Assembly (NCBI GenBank): GCA_012295275.1
Contig: CM022673.1
Coordinates: 15,624,001 to 15,688,000 of the forward strand
Direction: 5' to 3'
DNA: 64,000 nucleotides
Origin: Chrysomallon squamiferum
Lineage: Eukaryota > Animalia > Mollusca
Shown here: positions 28,698 through 40,741 of the stretch, one piece after another
How positions within the stretch are numbered: the stretch's first letter is position 1
Layout of the letters: every line of letters begins with the position of its first letter
Made by a program: the position numbers and the translations under genes
Notes under the pieces: generated by a model
Database searches by the model: none
What the model was told of the DNA's origin: nothing
What the model saw: the letters and a program-made list of their open reading frames with translations, nothing else

Positions 28698-31600
28698 CTG
28701 TAATTATAGGACTGGAATATGTTTTCGCAGGTCTTCTTTTGTTTTCTCGATACGAATTTAAACGTTTCTTCAACAAATTATCAAAAGTATCGTCGTCATC
28801 ATAATCGTTTTCATCCTCGTTCTTCTCTTTCACATATTCTGTTAGATCAATTGGTCTAGGACGTCTTCTCCTTGGTTTTGATATTTTTACATCCTCATAA
28901 TCGATATTGCTGTCAATAGCATCACTACTGTCCTTATTATTATCAGCAACAACATCATCTTCATAATTATTATAAACAACATCGTTGTCAGCATTATTAT
29001 CAATTACATTGTCAACATTATCATCACCAGCATTATCTGTATTTTCATCATCATATTCATATGTCTTTTTCAACGAGGGTTTTCTATACTCTTCCGGGTC
29101 AAAGATATCTTCTTCGTCTTCAACATTTCGTTTTTCTCTCTGGTCCACGCCTCCATTGATATCCACATCATCAACAAATTTTATGACGATGTTGCTGTCT
29201 TCATCGTTAGATCCCGTTCTTGATATGTCCCTTGAATCATAATCCAAAACGTCATTTTCATTCCTTATTCTTTCATGATCATGTTCTACGGTAGTTTCCA
29301 CATTTTCTGGAACAATGGCAACGATTTCATAGTTATCAAGAAAATCTAAGTCTTTAGACTTGTTTCTATTATTCCTTAATACAGCACCTTCAAATTTTCT
29401 TCGCATCTTCTGTCTTGTTATACTATCCTCTATGTTGCGGTTTATATCAGCATCGTCTTGGAAATAATTTCTGTCTGCAGGCACCAATAGCTTTTTTGGT
29501 TTTTTATTATTATGATTGTGCCGTTTTCGTTTTGTAGTCTTCTGTACAGAATCCGTCTTTTTATTAATTTTCATTTTAGTTGCCGAATGAATTATACCAT
29601 TACCGATATTGTGATTTGAAAATTCATCATCGATATCATAATCGATATTGGAATTATTATCAGTGTTTATCTTCTCGAAACCCGTGATTTCGGAATCTTC
29701 GTTATCCAAAAGAACCTTGTATTCAATATCTTCGTCATCTTTAGAAACATCGTCTTCAATGTTTTTGTCATCACTTTTGTTCTTCTCATCACCAATATAC
29801 CTTCTATTTCTATCATCATCAACAAAAGTGTCAGCCCTATCATGCACGTTGTTACCATAATTAACATGTGTGGCCGAAGGAATCTTTCCGTGGAAAATTT
29901 TTCCATTCATTGGTTCCTCGTCATCTTCTGTATTCATGATATCAGTGTTTCTTTTAAATCTTTTGAAATTTCTCACGTTATCTTCATGTTCTAATGAAAA
30001 CGAGCCAACTGTCTTATCCCGATCTGACTCGTTTTGGTTTCTTGACGATTCGGTGGCTGGATAAGTTTTTGATTCCATGTAGAGCTTTTTAATTTTGCCA
30101 TCCAAACTGTTGACAATATATTGCCTATTATATTCATGATTACTTTTTACACTAATCTTATTCTTTTCAATCTCATAATTAATGCGATTATCTAAAGTAT
30201 TTACACCGAACTTTGCACTTTTTCTCTCTGCTTCCGATGTTGGAAATGTTATTACTGTTTTGACCCGGTCCTTCTTCGTTTGTTTTCTGTTAAGTTCTTT
30301 GCTTGATGCTGGTGTTGCAGTAAGAATCTTTTTTAATATTTCAGCAGCTTTGACATAGTCATTGCCAGTGAATTTCCTCTGATCCGTGACTGTCTTTACG
30401 TTCCTTTTATTTCTCGTATATTTATCTAATAAATTCACACCTGCACTTCCTGAAGCTTTTCTACTATGATGATCTTGCCCCGAAATCTTTTGATGATCGA
30501 ATACTAAAGCTTTTGCTTTATGATGATCTTGCCCGGAAACAGTTTCATGTCCGTCTATTGAAGTTTGTACATGATCATTCTGCTCAGAGACCTTTTCATG
30601 ATCGTGTACTGAAAACGTTTCATAGCTGCGTATTGAAGATTGTGCATGACGATTGTATTCTGAACCGTTTTCATTATGCTGTACTGAAGCTTTTATATTA
30701 TGATCCCGTCCTGAAACGTGTTCATGATTGTGTTCTGAGGCATTTTCATTATTGTGTAATAAAGCTTTTGCATGATGGCTTTGCCCTGATGCATTTTTAT
30801 GACCGTGCATTGAAGACTTTTCATAGTTGCCAATTGAAAATTGTTGATGACGATTGTGTTCTGAACCGTTTTCATTATGGTGTACTGAAGGTTTTATATT
30901 ATGACCCTGTGATGAAACGTATCCATGATCGTGTCGTTCGCTCCCTGAAACGTTGTCATGATGGTGTCTTGAGGCATTTTCGATATCGTGTAATAAAGCT
31001 CTTGCATGATGATTTTGCCCTGAGACCTTTTCATGATCGTGTAGTGAAGACTTTTCATAGTTGCGTATTGACGATTCTACAAGATGATTGTGTTCTGAAG
31101 CCTTTGAATGATGATTATGTCTTGAAACATTTTCACGATGACCGTGAGCTAAAACCGTTTCATTTTCGTGTCCTGAAACATTTTCATGAACGTGTACTGA
31201 AGACTTTTCATTGTTGCCAATTGAAAATTGTAGATGATGATTGTGTTCTGAACCGTTTTCATTATGGTGTACTGAAGCTTTTATATTATGACCCTGTACT
31301 GAAACGTATTCATGATCGTGTCGTGACATCCTTTCATGACTGTGTAGTGAAGCGTTTGCACTATGTTTGCTCCCTGAAACGTTTTCATGATGGTGTCTTG
31401 AGGCATTTTCGATATCGTGTAATAAAGCTCTTGCATGATGACTTTGCCCTGAGACCTTTTCATGATCGTGTAGTGAAGACTTTTCATAGTTGCGTATTGA
31501 TGATTCTACATGATGATTGTGTTCTGAAGCCTTTGAATGATGATTATGTCTTGAAACATTTTCATGATGAACGTGAGCTAAAACCGTTTCATGTTCGTGT

Positions 31601-34600
31601 CCTGAAACATTTTCATGAACGTGTACTGAAGACTTTTCATTGTTGCCAATTGAAAATTGTGGATGATGATTGTGTTCTGAACCGTTTTCATTATGGTGTA
31701 CTGAAGTTTTTATATTATGACCCTGTACTGAAACGTATTCATGATCGTATCGTAACATCCTTTCATGACCGTGTACTGAAGCCTTTGCACTATGATCGCT
31801 TCCTGGAACATTTCGATGATGGTATCCTGAGGTATTTTCATTATCGTGTAATAAAGCTTTTGCATGATGACCTTGCCCTGTTTTATTATGATCCTCTCCT
31901 GAAACATTTCGATGATGGTATCCTGAGGTATTTTCATTATCGTGTAATAAAGCCTTTGCATGATGACCTTGCCCTGGTATATTATGATCCTCTCCTGAAA
32001 CATTTCGATGATGGTATCCTGAGGTATTTTCATTATCGTGTAATAAGGCCTTTGCATGATGACGTTGCTCTGACGCATGTTCATGACCGTGCACTGAAGA
32101 TTGTTTATGGTCTAATGCTGAAGTTTTTGCGTCATGATCGTTTCTTGAAACATATTCGTTATCGTCTGCATAACCTTTTACATGATGATTCTGCCCTGAG
32201 CCATTTTCTTGATCGTGTATTGAAAAATTTTCGTAGTTGCGTATTGAAGATTGTGCATGACGATTGTGTTCTGAACCGTTTTCAATATGCTGTACTGAAC
32301 CTTTGGCATGATGATCATGTCCTGAAACCTTTTCATAATCCTGTACTGAAGTCTTTGAATGATGATTATGTCTTGAAACATTTTCATGATGACCGTGATA
32401 TAAAACCGTTTCATGTTCATGTCCTGAAACAACATTTTCATGACCGTGTACTGAAGACTTTTCATTGGTTCGTATTGAAGACTGTGCATGACGATTGTGT
32501 TCTGAACCGTTTTCGTTTTGCTGTACTGAAGCTTTTATATTATGATCCCGTCCTGAAATGTATTCATGATCAAGTCCTGATATTTTTTCATGACCGTGTA
32601 CTGAAGCCTTTGCACTATGATCGCTTCCTGGAACATTTCGATGATGGTGTCCTGAGGTATTTTCATTATCGTGTAATAAAGCTTTTGCATAATGACCTTG
32701 CCCTGGTATATTATGATCCTCTCCTGAAACGTTTCCATGACTGTGTCCTGAGGCATTTTCATTATCGTGTAATAAGGCCTTTGCATGATGACGTTGCTCT
32801 GACGCATTTTCATGACCGTGCATTGAAGATTGTTTATGGTCTAATGCTGAAGTTTTTGCGTCATGATCGTTTCTTGAAACATATTCGTTATCGTTTACAT
32901 AACCTTTTACATGATTCTGCCCTGAGCCCTTTTCATGATCGTATACTGAAAAATGTTCATAGTTGCGTATTGAAGATTGTGCATGACGATTGTGTTCTGA
33001 ACCGTTTTCATTATGCTGTACTGAACCTTTGGCATGATGATCATGTCCTGAAACCTTTTCATAATCCTGTACTGAATTCTTTGAATGATGATTATGTGTT
33101 GAAACATTTTCATGATGACCGTGATCTAAAACCATTTCATGTTCGTGTCCTGAAACATTTTCATGACCGTGTATTGAAGACTTTTCATTGGTTCGTATTG
33201 AAGACTGTGCATGACGATTGTGTTCTGAACCGTTTTCGTTTTGCTGTACTGAAGCTTTTATATTATGATCCCGTCCTGAAATGTATTCATGATCAAGTCC
33301 TGATATTTTTTCATGACCGTGTACTGAAGCCTTTGCATGATGACCTTGCCCTGGTGCATTTTCACGACCGTGCACTGAAGATGTTTCAGACTTGTATTCT
33401 GAAGTTTTTGCATGATGATCATGTCCTAAAACCTTTTCATTATCGTGTTCTGAACCTTTTGCATGATGATCGTAACCTGAAACCTCGTCTTGATCGTGCA
33501 CTGAAGATTTTGAATGATAGTTTTGCCCTGAAATGTTTTCATGGTCGTGTCCTGAAACATTTTTATGATGCTGTGCTGAACCTTTGGCATGATGATCATG
33601 TCCTGATACCTTTTCATAATCGTGTACTGAAGTCTTTGAATGATGATTATGTCTTGAAACATTTTCATGATGACCGTGATATAAAACCGTTTCATGTTCG
33701 TGTCCTGAAACAACATTTTCATGACCGTGTACTGAAGACTTTTCATTGGTTCGTATTGAAGACTGTGCATGACGATTGTGTTCTGAACCGTTTTCGTTTT
33801 GCTGTACTGAAGCTTTTATATTATGATTCCGTCCTGAAACGTATTCATGATCGTGCACTGAAGCTTTTGCATGATAGTTTTGCCCTGAAATGTTTTCATG
33901 GTCGTGTCCTGAAACCTTTTCATGATGCTGTATTGAATCCCTGGCATGATGATCATGTCGTGAAACCTTTTCATGATCTTGTACTGAAAGATTTTCATGA
34001 TAATCTTCTCCTGAAACATGTTCATGATCGTGTACTGACGTTTTCTGACGATGATCGTCATGGGAAGCTCCTTTATGATAATTATATGCTGTGGCGTTTA
34101 TTTCAGTGCTATTCGTTGGAACTTTTACATGATTATTCGGTAGTGAAGCATTTGGATGATGAATACTTTCTTCAGATTTTTCGTTTATTTCATCTTTTCT
34201 ATGATGGTTTATTAAAAGTTCTCCAATATGAATACTTATTGGAATTTGTGCGTGATGATTACTTATTGGAGATTCTCTATCGTGGTTGTGAAATGATAAT
34301 TTTGCATGAAGATTATGCACGGCACCTACTTCGTGATGATTGTGCCTTAAAGTCTTAAAAGCCGTTTTCTTTGTTTCAGATTTTGTATGATAACCGTGCA
34401 TTAAAGCTTTTAAAAAACTGGTTATTGCACCGTTTGTATTATTTTTGTGCTTTGCAGCTTTCGACTGATTACTGTGTATTGAAGTATGTATTACAGTTTT
34501 CGCAAAATGGATATTTATTGCAGCTTTCTCATGATGATTATGTTCTGAAACCTTTTCATGATCGTGTACTGAAGCCGTTGTATGATTATCTTGTCTTGAA

Positions 34601-37434
34601 AAATGTTCATGATGACCGTGATCTAATACCTTTCCATGATCGTGAACTGAAGCATTTTCGTGATGACCGTATCCTAAAACCTTTTCATGTTGGTGTAATG
34701 ACGTTTTTACAAGATGTTTATGTTTTGAACTGGATTCATGATGGTTTTGCCCTGAAACCTTTTCACGATCCTGTACTGAAACCTTCTCGTGATCTTGTAT
34801 TGAAAGATTTTCATGATAATCTTCTCCTGAAACATGTTCATGATTGTGTACTGACATTTTCTCACGATGATCGTCAAGAGAAGCTGCTTTATGATAATTA
34901 TATGCTGTGGCGTCTATTTCAGTGCTATTCATTGGAACTTTTACCTGATTATTCGGTAGCAAAGCTCTTGGATGATGAATATTTTCTTCAGATGTTTTGT
35001 TTATTTCATCTTTTCTATGATCGTTTATTAAAAGTTTTCCAATATGAATACTTATTGGAATTTGTGCGTGATGATTACTTATTGAAGATTCTCTATCGTG
35101 GTTGTGAATTGATAATTTTGCATGAAGATTATGCACGGCACCTACTTCGTGATGGTTGTGCCTCAAAGTTTTAAAAGCCGTTTTCTCTGTTTCAGATTTT
35201 GTATGATAACCGTGAATTAAAGCCTGTAAAAAACTGGTTATTGCATCGTTTGTATTATTGTTTGGCGTTGTACCTTTCGACTGATTACTGTGTATTGAAG
35301 TATGTATTACAGTTTTCGCAAAATGGATATTTATTGCAGCTTTTGCATGTTTATTGTGGACAGAAGCGTTACTATGATGACTTTTCAGTGCATCTTTTGA
35401 TTGATGAACATGCAATGTGGCGTTTTTCAGAAAATTTATTGCAGCTTCTCCAAATGTTTCATTTATTCTACCTTTTGTATGATGGCCAAAGTTTAGAGCT
35501 TTTGCAAAATGGATGTTTATTGAAGCGTTTGGAATATGAATGTGGACTGAATCATTCACAGACGTTTTGTTTATTTTAGCTTTTGTGCGATGACCATATA
35601 GTAAAGTTTTTAAAAACCTGTGTAATGCAGCGTTTATATGTGTTGAAGATTCTGCTTGATGATCATGTACTGCAGACTTTTCATGATAGTCATCTTTTGG
35701 TGCGTTTGCATGATATCCACCGTGATGATCGTGCATTAATACTTTATTATCAGTAATATTTACCGCAGCCTTTACAGACGTTTTATTTATTTCAGATTTT
35801 AAAATAATTGAATGCTTTGCGTGATCATCGTTTATTGTTCGTTGTGCATGACTGTCGTTTAATGATTTTTTTTCTTGATCATGGTTTACTTCTGGTTTTA
35901 CCTGACGACTTATATTTTCAGTGTTTTTCTTTATTGCTGTTTTTCCAGAATATTTTTTTACTGCATTGTTATCATCTATTGATGCCGTTGTATCATGGGT
36001 GTTAATTCCAGTTTTAGCATGATCATCGTGTATTGACTCTTTCGAATAGCTGTCATTTATGTTAGCATGATGATCGTGTTTTAAAGTGTTTCTATGATGA
36101 CTAGGTACTGCCATTTTTACATCATTACTTTCATTTTTGTTTAGTGCAGTTTTCTTATGATGACCGTTTATTGCAGGTTTCCCATATTTTTTTTCTGCAG
36201 CGTGAACATTGTGGTTGTTTACTGTTGCTTCCCTATGTTGACTGCTTTTTGCTACGTGTTTCTGGTAGTCAGTTACTATAGATTTTGCATCATTATTGCG
36301 TACTGATGCATTTATATGATAGTCATAGGTTGTAGCGTTTACACGATGACTAATATTTATAGTTTTTGCAAATATTTTGTTTGTTCCAGACTTTTTAAGA
36401 CTGTCACGATCTGAAGCATTTTCATAATGGCTACGTACTACAGATTTTGAAACGTTGTTGTTAACATGATGACCGCTATTTTCAGTTTCATTTAGTGAAA
36501 AGTTCACATTATAAACATGCACTGAAACGTTCAAAATTCCTCTGTCTAACATAATTCTTTTTGTGTCATTGTTTTTTGACAGAGTCGAAACTGTACTGAT
36601 AAGATCAGTTACATCTTCTGAAGAAATAAAATTGTTACTGACTCTAGCTACTGGCTCTTTGATGTTAGCATTTAATACATTTGTGTCGCTGTTTTCCGCA
36701 GTCATAGGAGGATCTGTAGATGTGATAGGAGTCTCTTCATGTTTTCCGTTTACATTATTTACTTGCTCCTGCTGACCACTATGCGACGTATGCTGTATCT
36801 TCTGACGTATGTTGTGTGACCCAGATGGTGTTCGTGACGTGGAACTCATATCTGGTTTCAATTCACCACTACCAGCATGATCTGCATTTGTATTTTTCAC
36901 AGACTCGACATTTCTTTTAACTCTTGCTTCGTCGAATTCTTCGTCATAATCAATACCTGGGATCGGTGGAGGAGGTGGAGGTGGTGGTGTTGTTGTTGGT
37001 TGTGGCGGTGGTGGTGGTGGTGGAGGTGGTGTTGTTGGCAGTGGCGGTGTTCCTGGTATTTCCGGGCTTGTGAAGGGGTCTGAAACAGTCGTCATAAGAA
37101 TATGTTTATTCCTCAATTTTAGTCGTCTTAATTTCTTTTTTCTCCGTTGCTCTTGTTCGAGAATACTGAGTAAATTGTCTTTATACGGTTCTTCTTCGTC
37201 GCCAGTGGAAGCAAAATCATCGTGTTCGCCGCCAATTAACGGCGTTATTGTTGCTTTTGGCATAGATATTTTTCTTCTTCTTGGAAGTGGAATCCGCGGT
37301 TTAACCATTATTTCCGCATCATAATCTAAGTCTGGGGACTCATAATCACCGTAATCATTGAAATCGTAGGGATAAGAAAATGTAAAAATAAAACAACACA
37401 TTAAGGCATAAACGAAAACCAACTTACAAAACAT
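28698..37434 (-). CDS. Coding exon 1 (8.7 kb): signal peptide, poly-Pro, His-rich repeat core, Asp/Asn-rich segments, four R-x-K-R sites
   Basis: Uninterrupted 2949-codon ORF in the track. The track starts at a GTG; the first ATG is at 37434 and is followed by the hydrophobic MFCKLVFVYALMCCFIFTFS. Donor CAG|GTGAGA at 28698 (phase 1), after which the ORF turns into AT-rich intron-like translation. Confidence 0.93.
30465..36200 (-). repeat. Coding tandem array of 24/27-nt units (8/9 aa, consensus [K/N]-x-S-x-H-[D/N/G]-H-(H)-[E/A]) with higher-order repeats
   Basis: E.g. KVSGHDHHA KGSVQHNE NGSEHNRHA QSSIRNYE. Offsets read from the sequence: 816 nt (35281 vs 34465), 558 and 723 nt (33781, 33223, 32500), 429 nt (31621 vs 31192), 96 nt (31809 vs 31905). 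Boundaries approximate. Confidence 0.92.
36958..37056 (-). repeat. Coding poly-proline/threonine tract, (CCA)n-based
   Basis: PGTPPLPTTPPPPPPPPPQPTTTPPPPPPPPIP in exon 1. Confidence 0.9.
37375..37434 (-). other. Predicted signal peptide (aa 1-20)
   Basis: MFCKLVFVYALMCCFIFTFS|YP: basic residue, hydrophobic core, small residues at -3/-1. Cleavage site judged by eye. Confidence 0.85.
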
Positions 37435-37500
37435 TTCCAGTATTTTCACAGCAATCGACAGACGACGTTTTTACCTCTTACTCACCTTCACCTTAAAACA

Positions 37501-37580
37501 CGGTTTTGATGACGTGAAAATGACGTCAAAACCGAGTGACTTTATTAACAGCCAACTTTAAATTGACCTTGTCGGAAGTA
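37501..37580 (-). promoter_or_regulatory. Candidate proximal promoter with tandem CRE sites
   Basis: TGACGTG (37510-37516) and perfect TGACGTCA (37521-37528) lie inside a CGGTTTTGA/TCAAAACCG inverted repeat, ~70-100 bp upstream of the ATG. TGACCT and CGGAAGT motifs are adjacent. The TSS is unknown. Confidence 0.55.
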
Positions 37581-38468
37581 TTATTATTATTATAAGATTT
37601 CAAAAAATATAATATATATAATATATCCATACTGTTGAAGGTTTTTTGTTTTTGTTTCATATTAAAAAAATATTCTTGACATGTGATTTAATATCTTCAT
37701 TTTGTGTTAAGTTTATAACTGCTTTTAATCTATTTATACTATTAATGTTATTGTTATTGTGGTAATAGTTATTCTTGAAGCTGTTCCTACTGTTTTAAAT
37801 TGCTTGGAATTGAAAGTGTTATACAAATCAGACTGACAACTAAAATCTCTGAAACTCACACGAGAACAAATGCAAATTTCTTTTAATTTACTAGACCTGT
37901 TATCCAATATACATAAACTTATTAAGCAATTGATTTCAGAATTTAGAATATTTATTAATTATCACTATTAAAATTACACATAATTCCTGTCACTTTTCCA
38001 TTTATAAATTATCAGAATTACATATAACGTAAAACTGCCAGTTTATTCTCTAAAACTGACATGAGTTACATAATAAAGGGGAGCCACCAGATGTTTTCAG
38101 TTAATTCCGCTCAGGAATCAAACAAATTGGTAATGTCTATAACGAGAAGCTGCTGAAAATACGTAATAGATATTTCGCTTTTTATGGACAGCAACAAAAA
38201 TCTTGAACATCTGCACAAGCTAAATTAAGATTTCAATGTCGTTTCCAATCAGTTCTTTGTCTGATGAAGATTCCTCTTTCAGATTGGAGAACCATTTCAT
38301 GTAGCTCAAAGAGTTTTTGGTTGCAAACTGATCGTAGATTAAGAAGAAGAAACAGTAAATTAAAACAGAAAAAACGTAAACACCATTAAAGGTTTACTCT
38401 GTGAAAGTTACAATGAATAACGAATATAATATTTTCTCCACCAAATTAAGGATAAAAAAGCATAAACG

Positions 38469-38510
<42 letters not shown>

Positions 38511-38934
38511 GTCACACACACATTGTATGTTCTGAAAGTTAGTAAGTTATACACAGAATTATTACCATTAACAGTTGTCAAAGGTACTGCGCACCTATAT
38601 GTATACAGGCGTACGTGTTTATCTCTGTATGGATATATGTATGTATGTATGTATATATGTATGTATGTATGTATGAATGTATGTATGTATGTATGTATGT
38701 ATGTATGTATGTACGTACGTATGCATGCAAGTAACAAACATAAGATTTTATATTTTATGTTTGATAAATTATCGAAATATTCGAAACAAGTATTTTAAAC
38801 ATTTCGCCATCCACAATACCTTTATTGTTATTTCTTTTTCCATTTTATTTTACTTTTCTTATAAATTTCTTTGAAAAATCTTATTTATTAAAATAATAAA
38901 AATAATAAAATAGAAAGAAAGAAAGAAAGAAATA

Positions 38935-38965
<31 letters not shown>

Positions 38966-39039
38966 GCCTAAAGGACTTGATATCATTTATTAAAATAATA
39001 TCCTATATGATACCACGAATTAAACAAAATACATGTATC

Positions 39040-39072
<33 letters not shown>

Positions 39073-40024
39073 AAGAGAGAGAGAAAAGAAAAAGATATAT
39101 AAAATAAAATTTACTACACATATCACTCTATTTCTAAACGTACTTGAACACGAGTTGTTATTCGGGATCTATTAAGCCCTAACTAATCCAAAACTAGAAA
39201 CGAAATCTTTTAAAATGATTTATTATTCAATCAAAATGCAAATGGCGGGTTTGGAATTCCCATGTCAATCACGTGCACAGCGCACGATATAACAGTTTTT
39301 TATTTAGACTGAAGACTAACAGAGGCTCGTAAATCTTGCAGTATAGACAATTGTTCATGTTTTAAAAACAGATTTCTTTTCATAATAAGATATTTTGTGA
39401 ATATACCTTTTGAAAAGACCCGAGTAATAAAATGCACATTGTAAAGAATTCTACGTTCGTACAAATAAAGAGTTTTAAAGAGAGGTTTTAAATGTTTTGT
39501 CAACACACTGATACTCAGTACAAATTTTATGATGGAAACCTATTTAAGTTTTAGTGTTATAAATCAACTTGAGCACTTTTTATAAACTTTTTTTATTTAG
39601 TACATTAATTTGTCTCTCATCGACTAAGGGATTTCAGATATTTCATAATTTCAACCTGTACTCTTTGGAGAAATTCGTTACGTACTGCGTTAATGTCCGG
39701 GGAATTTGTACATGTACTTTACCACAAGTGACAGCGTTTGATATTCCATTGCTGATTAGTTTTGATAGTCACACATTACAGTGGTATGTCTTGTTTGTTT
39801 GTTTGTTTGTTTTTTTTTTTTTTTTATACTGTATAATAGTTATGCATTTGTATATTATTTTAAAAATCAACACCTGTACTTTCAGCGATAAAAGCTGTGG
39901 AACAGCTTTCTAATTTATTTATTTAATTTTCATTTTATTTTTCATACCTGTTTTTCTGTGTTTGTCTCTGAATGTTCGTGATTATAACGGGAAACGGTAT
40001 GTGACAATACGTGTCCGAGTGTTA

Positions 40025-40055
<31 letters not shown>

Positions 40056-40239
40056 TGTGCCTATGTGAGTGTGCGTATGCGTATGTCTGTATGTGTTTGA
40101 GATTGTGTCTGTATTGAAGGGGCGTCCCATTTGGTGTTATCGTTTAGCATTGTCTACAGTTAACCTGATTAGTTTAGTTAACTTCAGCACTTTGTATAAA
40201 GCAATTATTTTTCCTGTGTGCTTCTGTTTGCCTCTGTAC

Positions 40240-40347
40240 ATCTATGTATGTATATATGTGTGTACGTATGTATGTATATAGGTATGTATGTATGTATGCA
40301 TGTATATATGTATTTACGTATATATATGGATATGTATGTATGTATGC

Positions 40348-40409
<62 letters not shown>

Positions 40410-40741
40410 TTATGTATGTATGTATATATGTATGTATGTATATATGTATGTATGTATTTATGTATTTATGTATATATGTATGTATGTATATATGTAGGTA
40501 TGTATGTATTTATGTATGTATGTATATATGTATGTATGTATGTATATATGTATGTATGTATATATGTATGTATGTATTTATGTATTTATGTATATATATA
40601 TATATATATATATGTGTGTATATGTATGTATGTATGTATGTATAAATGTATGTATGTGTGTGTGTATCTGTGTATGTATGTATGCATTATGTATGCATGT
40701 ATGTATGTATGTATGTATGTATGTATGTATGTATGTATGTG
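40240..40741. repeat. Long (TATG)n/(TA)n compound microsatellite
   Basis: Direct reading; generates several spurious MYV-type ORFs. Shorter TATG tracts near 9350, 38635, 61380. Confidence 0.95.

Noticed and set aside
30693-34061. Met/Ile/Gln-rich minus-strand ORFs overlapping the large CDS
   Set aside because: Alternative-frame translations of the His repeat (CAT GAx gives ATG).
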